NCBI GenBank assembly: GCA_026413885.1
Contig: JAOAKA010000001.1
Span: 114,762-178,761 of the forward strand
DNA length: 64,000 nucleotides
Origin: Sulfolobales archaeon
Lineage (GTDB): Archaea > Thermoproteota > Thermoprotei_A > Sulfolobales > NBVN01
Reading direction: 5' to 3'
Under the pieces are notes generated by a model that saw only the letters and a list, made by a program, of their open reading frames with translations, made no database searches and had not been told where the DNA came from. Both the position numbers and the translations under genes were made by a program. The first letter of the stretch is position 1. Every line of letters begins with the position of its first letter. Positions 10,893 to 19,429 of the stretch are shown in pieces.

Positions 10893-11530
10893 TTACTACC
10901 ACCTTCAGCCTCTTGAGGTGTTTGCTGAACTATTTCCTGAGATTTATATGTAACATAGTCGTCCGGAGTTCCGGGTTTTACTATAAGTACTTCAATGCCG
11001 TATATTCCCGGTTTCAGAAGCACACTGGAAATAGCTCTATCAACGAGTCTCTCGGTGTGTCCACCTGTCTTATATACTTTACCAGCTCTAACTTTCTCGT
11101 ATCTAGCTCTCTCAGTTGTAAGTTTACCGCTTATCACTATCTCACATCCAGTAGCTCCAGCAGCCATAATTCTTCTAAGAGCAACGAAAGCTGCTCTCCT
11201 AAAGTGGTAACCTTTCTCTAGTGCTAGTGCTATTCTAGACGCCATCACTCTAGCACTTAACTCCGGTACTTCGAGACCGGTTACAGTTATCTGAGGATTC
11301 TCCAGCTTGAAGTATTTAGAGAGAAGATCCGCTAGCTTCTTGATCTGCTGCCCCTTCCTACCGATAACCATAGCCGGTCTGTCTGCATATATTATCACTC
11401 TATCACCAAGAGGAGTTCTAAAGAGGTCTACACCGACGTATCCACTCTTAGAGAGAGTCTTAGCTAGATACTCATCGACTTTCAATCGAGCAATGTTCAT
11501 TTCAAGAAAGTACTTCTTAATATCTACCAC
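10889..11530 (-). CDS. rps3: 30S ribosomal protein uS3
   Basis: KH-domain protein containing VIGRKGQQIKKL; 213 aa; operon position. Confidence 0.93.
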   Translation of the reverse strand: MVDIKKYFLEMNIARLKVDEYLAKTLSKSGYVGVDLFRTPLGDRVIIYADRPAMVIGRKGQQIKKLADLLSKYFKLENPQITVTGLEVPELSARVMASRIALALEKGYHFRRAAFVALRRIMAAGATGCEIVISGKLTTERARYEKVRAGKVYKTGGHTERLVDRAISSVLLKPGIYGIEVLIVKPGTPDDYVTYKSQEIVQQTPQEAEGGSK

Positions 11531-11534
11531 TCCT

Positions 11535-12026
11535 TCACACCTCTCTAACCAATATCTCTACATGTGTTAGAGATCTAAACCTAGGGGTGGCTCGACCAAA
11601 AGCTCTCGGCATCCATCGCTTTAGGTAAGGACCTCTATGAGCTGCTGCGTGAATTATAATTAATCTATCTGTGTCGAGACCTTTTGACTCCGCATTATTT
11701 TCTAGATTGTTTAGTAACTTGAGAATATACCTAGCAGTTTTAATGGGATATCTTCCAACTGGTGAACCCCACTTCGGAAAACTATCTGCGAGACCGGGTT
11801 TGTGAGCAATAGAGAGCTTATATCTAGAATAAGGAACAACCCTCTTCATAGCTAAGACTTCATCAAGAAACTTTTTAGCATCTGCGAGCTTCATGCCTTT
11901 CAATATTTTGAGTATCTCGTAAGCCTCCTTCCTAGATATAGGTGCATCCCACAGTACAGCTTTCGCTACTCGCGATTCATCTCGCAGTTTTATCGAGTAG
12001 CTCCATACCGGCATACTCCAGACCAA
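11535..12026 (-). CDS. rpl22: 50S ribosomal protein uL22
   Basis: 163 aa with uL22-like sequence. A palindromic TATA-like CTTATAAG at 12048..12055 is centred about 25 nt upstream of the TTG at 12026. Confidence 0.9.
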   Translation of the reverse strand: MVWSMPVWSYSIKLRDESRVAKAVLWDAPISRKEAYEILKILKGMKLADAKKFLDEVLAMKRVVPYSRYKLSIAHKPGLADSFPKWGSPVGRYPIKTARYILKLLNNLENNAESKGLDTDRLIIIHAAAHRGPYLKRWMPRAFGRATPRFRSLTHVEILVREV

Positions 12027-12227
12027 ACCTATGTGTTCGGATTAAGCCTTATAAGCTTCCAGCTGTATTCAGAGAGTTCTATGTATATACGCTAATGGGC
12101 GAAACATCTATATAAGCGATAAACGAGTAAGGTATATGCGTCGAACTATACTAGGTGTTCAATCTCTAGACTAGTTTAGTCAATATCTATTATTCCTAGT
12201 CTTTATCAGCTTACATACTAGACTTTT

Positions 12228-12677
12228 CTAGCCTGTAGATCTCTCCAGCAAGCAATACTTAACTAAGTAGTTCTTTAGATGTATGATTGACTTTCTATCA
12301 GCTATAAAAACATATTCTCGACCGTTCTTCAGTAGTCTAGCTAAGTAGACTTCACTGAAGTGTCTAACTCTCTCTCTTACAGTTTCACTCAGATCTACGT
12401 CCAGGTGTTTGAGCAACTTTCTTTCATCTCTATCGAGTACTTCCATACTCCTCCAGACCTTTCTCACCGAAAAACCACATTTCTGCCCTACTAGACTGAG
12501 CTCTAATCTATCTGAAAGTATGCTACCGATCTCTCTGGGGGAAAGAGATCCCTTAATTCTAGTTGATTCCGCTACTGAAGAAGTAGGAAATATTTCTAGA
12601 ACACCGTCTTCACGTAGTACAATCGTAGATGGTAGTAAGAGTCTCTCCATTCTAAAAAAAGCTCTAACTTTCTTCAA
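12228..12677 (-). CDS. Hypothetical 149-aa protein, translationally coupled to rtcB
   Basis: Its TTG start overlaps the rtcB TGA stop (ggTTGAag). I recognised no family. Archease motifs are absent. Confidence 0.55.
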   Translation of the reverse strand: MKKVRAFFRMERLLLPSTIVLREDGVLEIFPTSSVAESTRIKGSLSPREIGSILSDRLELSLVGQKCGFSVRKVWRSMEVLDRDERKLLKHLDVDLSETVRERVRHFSEVYLARLLKNGREYVFIADRKSIIHLKNYLVKYCLLERSTG

Positions 12678-14152
12678 CCTTTAGCCACACCTATAGGTCT
12701 AAGGCGGACTACGAGTTTAGCTATCTTAACTTTATGGCTAACTAAGGCTACTCTATCTACATCTTTATATGCTCCAGGTGCTTCTTCAGATACTACTCTA
12801 GATGTTGCTGCTCTTATGTAGATTCCTCTCGAGCTGAGCTCCTGAGTTATGTTTTGAGGTCTGTAAGTTCTAATAGCAGCTTCTCTAGACATCCACCTAC
12901 CAGCTCCGTGAGCAGCCGAGTAGAACGTCCTACCGCCCTCCGAAACACCAACCATTACGTAGCTCGAAGTACCCATAGACCCAGGTATTAGTACGACCTG
13001 CCCCACAGATTGGTGGGATTTAGGTATCTCGGGGTGTCCAGGTGGGAAAGCTCTAGTGGCGCCTTTTCTGTGTACTACTAGCTTCATACGTTTCCCATCG
13101 ACAGCGTGTTCCTCGATCTTCGCTATATTGTGTGCTACATCGTAAATTATCTCGAGGCCGAGCTTATCGGGGTCCGCATTGAAAACTCTTCCGAAGGACT
13201 CTCTAACCCAGTGAGTTATGAGCTGTCTATTAGTCCAAGCATAGTTAGCTGCAGCAGCCATAGCTGCGAAATAGTCTTCACCTTCTCTCGTCTTAATGGG
13301 TACTGAAGCAAGTTCTCTATCTGGTGGTGATATGCCGTATTTTCTCATAGCTCTCTCCATTATCAGTAGGTAGTCACTAGCTACTTGATGACCGAACCCT
13401 CTAGACCCAGTGTGAATCATTACCATTATCTGCCCCTCGCGTTCGATTCCCAAGACTTTCGCTACTTCTTTGTCGTAGATTTTATCTACAATCTGTACTT
13501 CGAGGAAGTGGTTGCCTGCTCCTAGAGTTCCTAGCTGAGGTGCTCCTCGTTCTTTCGCTACTTTGCTAACTTTACTTGAGTCAGCCCCCTTCATCGAACC
13601 GCGCTCCTCTATGAGCTCAGGGTCCTCAGGCCAGCCGAATCCCTTACCTATAGCCCACTCAACACCTTCATGCAGAACTCTATCTAGCTCAGATAGAGAC
13701 AATCTCACCTTACCGGTGCTACCGACTCCGGAAGGAACGTTGTGAAATATCGCGTCAATAAGCTCTCTGAGCCTGGGTCTAACATCCTCTATATCTAGAT
13801 TCGTTCTCAGAAGTCTTACTCCACAGTTTATATCGTAGCCAACCCCGCCGGGAGATATAACACCCTCATCGTAATTCATTCCAGCTACTCCACCTATAGG
13901 GAAACCGTATCCTTGGTGTCCATCGGGCATTACATAAGACGCTGCTACAACACCATCTAAGCAAGCGACATTTGCTGCCTGCAGTAGGGTCAGGTCTTCC
14001 CTCATCTTACCGATCAAGTAGTCGTCAGCGAAGATTACAGCAGGAACCTTCATGCAGTTCTTAAAACTTCTGGGGATTTCCCAAGTATATTCATCGACTT
14101 TATTTATTGTAACTTTAGGTGGAGGTCCTCTATGCATAGCTTCTTCAAACAT
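12674..14152 (-). CDS. rtcB: RNA-splicing ligase RtcB (3'-phosphate/5'-hydroxyl RNA ligase)
   Basis: MPDGHQGYGFPIGGVA, GAGNHFLEVQ, HTGSRGFGHQVA, AHGAGR; 492 aa. Confidence 0.93.
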   Translation of the reverse strand: MFEEAMHRGPPPKVTINKVDEYTWEIPRSFKNCMKVPAVIFADDYLIGKMREDLTLLQAANVACLDGVVAASYVMPDGHQGYGFPIGGVAGMNYDEGVISPGGVGYDINCGVRLLRTNLDIEDVRPRLRELIDAIFHNVPSGVGSTGKVRLSLSELDRVLHEGVEWAIGKGFGWPEDPELIEERGSMKGADSSKVSKVAKERGAPQLGTLGAGNHFLEVQIVDKIYDKEVAKVLGIEREGQIMVMIHTGSRGFGHQVASDYLLIMERAMRKYGISPPDRELASVPIKTREGEDYFAAMAAAANYAWTNRQLITHWVRESFGRVFNADPDKLGLEIIYDVAHNIAKIEEHAVDGKRMKLVVHRKGATRAFPPGHPEIPKSHQSVGQVVLIPGSMGTSSYVMVGVSEGGRTFYSAAHGAGRWMSREAAIRTYRPQNITQELSSRGIYIRAATSRVVSEEAPGAYKDVDRVALVSHKVKIAKLVVRLRPIGVAKG

Positions 14153-14208
14153 CGTTCCTCGCCATTATAATACTGCACTCAAACGCTAATAACTCTAATT
14201 TCGAGTTA

Positions 14209-14646
14209 TTACTCTACATACCATCCCAGCTCATAGGAACCTGAGAAACTAAGAGAACATTTTTCACCTACTTCTTCAAGAGCGTTATTCAGTACTGCTA
14301 CTAAATCTAGGTCTGAATTCTTCCAGCAGCTAACTTCCCTAACTAAGTGTATTCTCTCCTCCGATACTTCAACCAACCACGATTTCTGTAGGAGAGAGCT
14401 GTAGATCTTCAGCAAAAATTCTCTTGCTTCAATTACGGGTGACAGAGAGACTTCAACAATAATTCTGCCAGCTCCTATGTAGATTATCGTCGCCGAAAGC
14501 TCCTTCAGTAGATTTCTATAGCAATTATAGTTAAACTTAATAGTTACAGCATTAGCAACGTATTCCCCAGCTTCTAGTAAGAGAGCTTTGAGAACTTCTT
14601 GAGGTACTATATCCTTAAAGAACTTAGTGAAACACTCAATACTCAG
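14209..14646 (-). CDS. Hypothetical protein with no ATG/GTG/TTG near its 5' end; candidate CTG start
   Basis: The frame is open from 14661 down to 14209 (about 150 codons), yet the first ATG/GTG/TTG is the TTG at 14415, which is why the ORF track reports only 68 aa. GAGGTGAgaatCTG places an SD 4 nt before the CTG at 14646. In the same frame, the ATG at 14709 opens 15 codons that end at the TAG at 14664..14662. Confidence 0.45.
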   Translation of the reverse strand: MSIECFTKFFKDIVPQEVLKALLLEAGEYVANAVTIKFNYNCYRNLLKELSATIIYIGAGRIIVEVSLSPVIEAREFLLKIYSSLLQKSWLVEVSEERIHLVREVSCWKNSDLDLVAVLNNALEEVGEKCSLSFSGSYELGWYVE

Positions 14647-14792
14647 ATTCTCACCTCTAAACTAATTGATGAAGCTCCTCAAGATAGACACCAACTGAAA
14701 ATACCCCATCACGGTTGTGAAGAATTTCGCAGCTATAAAGTAGGGAGAAGACCACTCAAAGATATCTCTAAGAGTGCTCGCAAACCTAGAGC

Positions 14793-15284
14793 TTACTTCA
14801 TTGAGACGAAGAGAGTTGACTTCGTAGCTTTAAGACCTGGTTCCCCGTGCTCTACCTTCTTCATCGTTACAGCGAACTCCCCTAAGTAGTGTCCAATCAT
14901 CTCTGGAGTTATCTTCACTGGTACGTACTCTTTTCCGTTAAATACAGCTATAGTTAAACCCACCATTACTGGAAGCACTATTGCGTCTCTTACGTGAGTT
15001 TTAATTACGACGTTCTTTCCTCGAGCAAGCATTTCTCTAGCCTTAAGCACCTTCCTGAGGAGTTTCAATCTCTCTGGGTCATCTCTCTCTGAAAGCAGCA
15101 TTCCGTATTCAAGCAACCTACTTCTAACCTCAGGGTCCGACATTCTCAATAAGCTTCTCCTAGTTCTGGCTGGAAGAAGTTTTATTAATTCGTCCATAGG
15201 CATGTTCATGAGCTCGGTTAGAGTCTTCCCTCTATACCTAAACTTAACCCATTCAGGTGGTAGTTCGATCTTTATCTCAGGCGT
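14793..15284 (-). CDS. rps19: 30S ribosomal protein uS19 (5' end uncertain; no standard start codon)
   Basis: C-terminus [33 protein letters not shown]. The family-typical N-terminal [17 protein letters not shown] is encoded in frame upstream of the first ATG (15209). The in-frame stretch 15287..15210 has no ATG/GTG/TTG. An ACG at 15284 lies 6 nt after GGAGGGGA. Confidence 0.9.
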   Translation of the reverse strand, partial: TPEIKIELPPEWVKFRYRGKTLTELMNMPMDELIKLLPARTRRSLLRMSDPEVRSRLLEYGMLLSERDDPERLKLLRKVLKAREMLARGKNVVIKTHVRDAIVLPVMVGLTIAVFNGKEYVPVKITPEMIGHYLGEFAVTMKKVEHGEPGLKATKSTLFVSMK

Positions 15285-15323
15285 TCTTCATCCCCTCCTT
15301 AAGTACCTACCTAACTTAATAAA

Positions 15324-16040
15324 CTATCTCTTCGTTCTCCCAGTTCTCTTAGCAGCTATATGTCCTACTTTACGTCCTGGTGGCGCGTTTCTCGATACAG
15401 TAGATGACCTTGAAACACTCTGGTGTGAGCCACCACCGTGTGGGTGTGATACTGCGTTCATTACTACACCTCTAACTCTAGGCCACTTTCGAGCTTTAAC
15501 TTTCCACTTATGGTAAGTAGCACCTGCTTTTAGCAAAGGTTTCTCGAGTCTTCCAGCACCAGCTGGAACACCTACAGTGGCTCTACAGCTCCCCAAGATC
15601 ATCTTCTGCTCACCACTAGGTAGAAGAATTATTACGTAGCTACCAGACTTTCCCAACACTATGGAATAGCTGCCGGCTTGTCTAGCTAGCTTACCTCCAT
15701 CACCAGGTCTCAGCTCTATGTTAAAGACCTTAGTTCCCTCAGGTATATCACTGAGTGGTAGTATGTTTCCTACAGTGACTGGAGAGTGAGATCCTACATA
15801 CACTACTTGTCCTTGATAAACTCCTTCAGCCGCTGGAACATAGAACTCAGAATTATCTTCCAGAACCACTCGAGCTAGAGGTATCCACCGCCCGGGATCG
15901 TGTACTAGTTCTACTATCACTCCCTTTTTAGTCTCACCTGATAGAGGTGGATACTTTGCTGGTGCTACTCTTAGATGAGACGGACTTCTAAATACTGACG
16001 TACCTCTTCCAGCTCTCTGCGAGAGTGTTTTCTTACCCAC
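15324..16040 (-). CDS. rpl2: 50S ribosomal protein uL2
   Basis: 238 aa containing GVVMNAVSHPHGGG; GTG start behind GGTGGtttaa. Confidence 0.94.
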   Translation of the reverse strand: MGKKTLSQRAGRGTSVFRSPSHLRVAPAKYPPLSGETKKGVIVELVHDPGRWIPLARVVLEDNSEFYVPAAEGVYQGQVVYVGSHSPVTVGNILPLSDIPEGTKVFNIELRPGDGGKLARQAGSYSIVLGKSGSYVIILLPSGEQKMILGSCRATVGVPAGAGRLEKPLLKAGATYHKWKVKARKWPRVRGVVMNAVSHPHGGGSHQSVSRSSTVSRNAPPGRKVGHIAAKRTGRTKR

Positions 16041-16051
16041 TTAAACCACCA

Positions 16052-16315
16052 CTACACTATACCTAATTTAGTTGCTACATCTGATGCCTTATATTCTTCA
16101 GTTAATCTAACATAGGCTTTCTTTTCTCCCTTAGGTGTTATTAGAGTCCTAACTTTAGCTACTCTAACACCATACAATTCTTCAACAGCTTTCTTAATAT
16201 CTTTCTTTGTTGCCTTCATATCTACTATGAAGGTAATAGTGTTAAACTTCTCCATGTAGGTTATTGCCTTCTCACTAGATACGGCGGCCTTTATTATACT
16301 ATGTGCTTCCTTCAA
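16052..16315 (-). CDS. rpl23: 50S ribosomal protein uL23
   Basis: TFIVDMKATKKDIKKAVEELYGVRVAKVRTL. Confidence 0.92.
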   Translation of the reverse strand: MKEAHSIIKAAVSSEKAITYMEKFNTITFIVDMKATKKDIKKAVEELYGVRVAKVRTLITPKGEKKAYVRLTEEYKASDVATKLGIV

Positions 16316-17133
16316 GGAGCCACCACCTCGAATTTCTTACCGATCTTATCAAGAGCGCTAGCTGACACTACCATCAGTCTCCCGGGATGCCCCCCAGGAG
16401 CTAGATGGAGAACACTTAGTAGGTCAACTGAGACAACTTCAACACCGGGTAGAGCTCTAGCAGCTCTAACTATCGGGCGATCGCTACTGGAAACTACTAT
16501 AAGTAAAGACTTAGGCTCTTCATACCTCCTCCCTCTCATCTTACCCTTACCGGCTCTTATCTTAGTTCCTCCTTGAGCTCTAACGACATCCTCCCAAACT
16601 CCGAGAGTTTGTAGAACCCTCCTTAGAGACGAGGTCTTATCAAATAATTCAAAATCATCTACAACAACTATCGGGAGATCTCCAGTAGAGAATTTGTGAC
16701 CTCTCCGTCTAACCAACTCGACTTCAGCTGTAGCTGCTAGTGCTGAAGCTAGAGCTAGACTTCTTTCCTTCTTATTTACTCTCTCATGTATCTTCCTCTC
16801 TATAGTTGGTGGAAATGCTAGGCGACCTCCTCTAACATTTGGAGCAAGTACAGCTCTACCGTTATCTAGTCTTGGAACTCTAGCTACCGAGTAGTTTATT
16901 CCCCACGACTCACCTACTCTTCTTCTACCTGCGAGTTCATCTCTACCCTTAGGCTGAAGGCGGGCCGTTAAAGCTGATAGAAAAGCTCTCCTGATCAAAT
17001 CCTTTCTTACCGCTATCGAGAAAACCGGGGGTAGAGTTACCTCACTAACGAGTTTTCCGTCTAAACCATATAGTGGAACTTTCTTCTGCTGGATCTTCTC
17101 GGAAAGTATTAGTACCCGCATTTTCTTCAGCAC
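16312..17133 (-). CDS. rpl4: 50S ribosomal protein uL4
   Basis: 273 aa; operon position between uL3 and uL23; uL4-like sequence. Confidence 0.92.
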   Translation of the reverse strand: MLKKMRVLILSEKIQQKKVPLYGLDGKLVSEVTLPPVFSIAVRKDLIRRAFLSALTARLQPKGRDELAGRRRVGESWGINYSVARVPRLDNGRAVLAPNVRGGRLAFPPTIERKIHERVNKKERSLALASALAATAEVELVRRRGHKFSTGDLPIVVVDDFELFDKTSSLRRVLQTLGVWEDVVRAQGGTKIRAGKGKMRGRRYEEPKSLLIVVSSSDRPIVRAARALPGVEVVSVDLLSVLHLAPGGHPGRLMVVSASALDKIGKKFEVVAP

Positions 17134-17134
17134 C

Positions 17135-18154
17135 TCACTGCTTACTCTCTAAGCTAGTGTGCACTATTTTAGGAGGCTCTAATATAGCTTTAGTTAGTGG
17201 TCTTATAGGCCATCTAAGCACTACAGGCCTCTTCGGTGACCCGAAAATACTTCCCATCAATATTACGTAAGTAGATTTGACGAGTCCATAGTGTGGAAAA
17301 CCTCCCGATGGAGTTATGTCATATCCGTTATTTCCTATATAGATAATCCACTTATTGAACTCCGTTCTTCTATGAAATCCCATCTGACCTGCTTGAGGCA
17401 CAGTGCTTAGAGCACCCGTTGTTGGAGATCTAGCTCCGATTCTCCTACTACCTTTTCTATGCTTGTGCCATCTCGGGAGTTCTCTTACACCAAACCTCTT
17501 TACTACACCCTGGAATCCCTTACCTTTAGTTACACCTATTACATCAACAAACTGCCCTGGAGAAAAGATACTGGAAATATCCAGCTGTTTTCCTAGAATC
17601 GATAGTGAGTAGTTTACTCTATCGTATATACTTCCACCACCAACCTTGATCTCGAGAATATCTGGCACTTTCTTGCTTAGTCCACCAACTAGTTTAGGCT
17701 GTGTAGCTACTACTATCGCTACTTCAGCTATTTCATCAACTTGGTTAAGAACTGTCTTAGACTTAACCTCATTCTTTTGAGGATCGACTGAAAATGTAGA
17801 TATTCTACGCCAGAGCTCTAGATCTCTCGGCGGCTCCACCCAGACTTCAGTTAAGGTCTTAAGACCTTCTACACTCTTTGTATAAAATCTCGCTCCAAGA
17901 GCAACCATAGGCGGTGTCTCAACGACAGTTGCGGCGGTAGTGATCTCCTGACCATATGTTGAAGACCCAGGTCTACTGTCAACTATAACTAGGTGAGTCA
18001 TTCCGACCTTATAACCTACGAAAGCCAGTGGCTTTGGAGTAGGTAGGTCTAACACTGGCCACGACTTTACTCTAGGAAGTATTCTTGAAGCTCTCTTTCG
18101 CGGTCTAACCCCTAAGCTACCTCTTCTCGGAGCCGATTGCTTTCTTCTCGCCAC
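17135..18154 (-). CDS. rpl3: 50S ribosomal protein uL3
   Basis: 339 aa containing GYKVGMTH and FVDVIGVTKGKGFQGVVKRFGV. Confidence 0.94.
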   Translation of the reverse strand: MARRKQSAPRRGSLGVRPRKRASRILPRVKSWPVLDLPTPKPLAFVGYKVGMTHLVIVDSRPGSSTYGQEITTAATVVETPPMVALGARFYTKSVEGLKTLTEVWVEPPRDLELWRRISTFSVDPQKNEVKSKTVLNQVDEIAEVAIVVATQPKLVGGLSKKVPDILEIKVGGGSIYDRVNYSLSILGKQLDISSIFSPGQFVDVIGVTKGKGFQGVVKRFGVRELPRWHKHRKGSRRIGARSPTTGALSTVPQAGQMGFHRRTEFNKWIIYIGNNGYDITPSGGFPHYGLVKSTYVILMGSIFGSPKRPVVLRWPIRPLTKAILEPPKIVHTSLESKQ

Positions 18155-18519
18155 TTCTACCGCCTTACCTAATCCAGTAGCTGTGCTTCACTTTAAAGCT
18201 TTTCTATAACGTGCCTCCCCTAGCTTTCTGGTTTTTCTCAACTGACTAAGTACAGTACTGAATTAGCTAAGGTCAGACTTCGGGAGATACCTCACTGCTC
18301 AGTACTCGGCTTTTACATCATCTACTTCAATATTCTCTAAACACTTAAAAACTGAGATAGAGTACATCATATGGCGAGTAACGTGGGAGGCAGGCAGAAG
18401 ACTACTCTGTTTATGGGTATAGGAGAGAGCAAAGGGTCTAAGGAAACTGAGAAGACTAGGAGTGAAGGCAAGAAGCAGGCTCCTAGAGAGAAGGAAAAGA
18501 AGTAGTATTTGGGATTTAA

Positions 18520-19356
18520 TTGTTTAAGTGGCCTCCTCCGAGGAGGCGCACCTCTATAGCTGTAGTCATACCTTCCTCGAATTTATCACTCTATAGAGAC
18601 TTGAGACTTAAAACTAGAGTTATTGGAGAGATAGCTAGAGCGCTATCAGTATTTAGAGTCTCTGCTCTAGGAGTTTTTAGAGACCCGGATTCTGCTAGTG
18701 GAGACCACCGGCTTCTTCTAAAGATTTCGAAGTACATGCTCGTGCCTCCCTACCTAAGAGTTAAGACATACTCTCTAGACAGAGACCTGAGATTCGTCGG
18801 GCTACTGCCGCCTCTAGCCATATATCCCCACAACCCCGAGAATAGACCTATAGCAGCTGGAGACATTAGGTTCGGACTAATAGTAAGTGAACTTGGACTA
18901 GTTGACGTAGGGTTTGAGAAACTCTGTAGATTAGTAGAAGCTAGACACGTTAGACCAGGAAAGATTGTTCTAGTTAGAGTCAACAGTGTAGACCCACTAA
19001 TATGTAGTGAGATACTTGATTCACACATATATACAGGCTATAATGTAGTGAATATACCTAACTGGAAAAAACTCAGAAGATTCCTGAAAACACATGATTT
19101 CGTTATAAATACGAGTAAGAAAGGCAGGCCGCTAAACCACATTCTCGAAAGAGAAGACTTTCTTCAGAAACTGAGAAACACTAGATCTATATGTCTACTT
19201 TTCGGCAATCCAGAAAAAGACTTCGATGAGCTCATCGAGGTAGACTTAAAGATAGATATCACAGTAAACTTTATACCGCATCAGGGAACTCTCACCGTTA
19301 GAACCTACGAAGCACTAATTTCAACACTAACTATACTGAACACATTACTAGAGTAG
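18520..19356 (+). CDS. SPOUT-superfamily putative RNA methyltransferase (DUF171/COG2106-like)
   Basis: TSIAVVIPSSNLSLYRDLRLKTRVIGEIARALSVFRVSALGVF resembles the Methyltrn_RNA_3 N-terminus. This family often neighbours the uL3 operon in archaea. Confidence 0.6.
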   Translation: MFKWPPPRRRTSIAVVIPSSNLSLYRDLRLKTRVIGEIARALSVFRVSALGVFRDPDSASGDHRLLLKISKYMLVPPYLRVKTYSLDRDLRFVGLLPPLAIYPHNPENRPIAAGDIRFGLIVSELGLVDVGFEKLCRLVEARHVRPGKIVLVRVNSVDPLICSEILDSHIYTGYNVVNIPNWKKLRRFLKTHDFVINTSKKGRPLNHILEREDFLQKLRNTRSICLLFGNPEKDFDELIEVDLKIDITVNFIPHQGTLTVRTYEALISTLTILNTLLE

Positions 19357-19429
19357 TAAGTAAATTACTTAGACATAAACTTTTCAAGTAGAACACACTT
19401 AGAACCATGTGAAACATCAAAACACAAAC

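Noticed and set aside
12228-14646. The idea that one of the two unknown ORFs flanking rtcB is archease
   Set aside because: Neither translation shows the conserved archease features I remember (an N-terminal HTAD-type motif, a C-terminal KA.T.H motif). I left both as hypothetical proteins.
3691-18154. The many 60-130-aa plus-strand ORFs inside the ribosomal protein block (for example 3691..4002, 5349..5666, 7525..7923, 9794..10096, 15202..15516, 16301..16576)
   Set aside because: All lie antisense to strongly recognisable ribosomal protein genes and have low-complexity S/L/T/P composition. They are shadow ORFs.
18527-18545. The GCCTCCT-ccg-AGGAGGC hairpin at the 5' end of the SPOUT gene as a regulatory structure
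   Set aside because: It falls inside the coding sequence and encodes PPPRRR. It is probably a by-product of that codon run.
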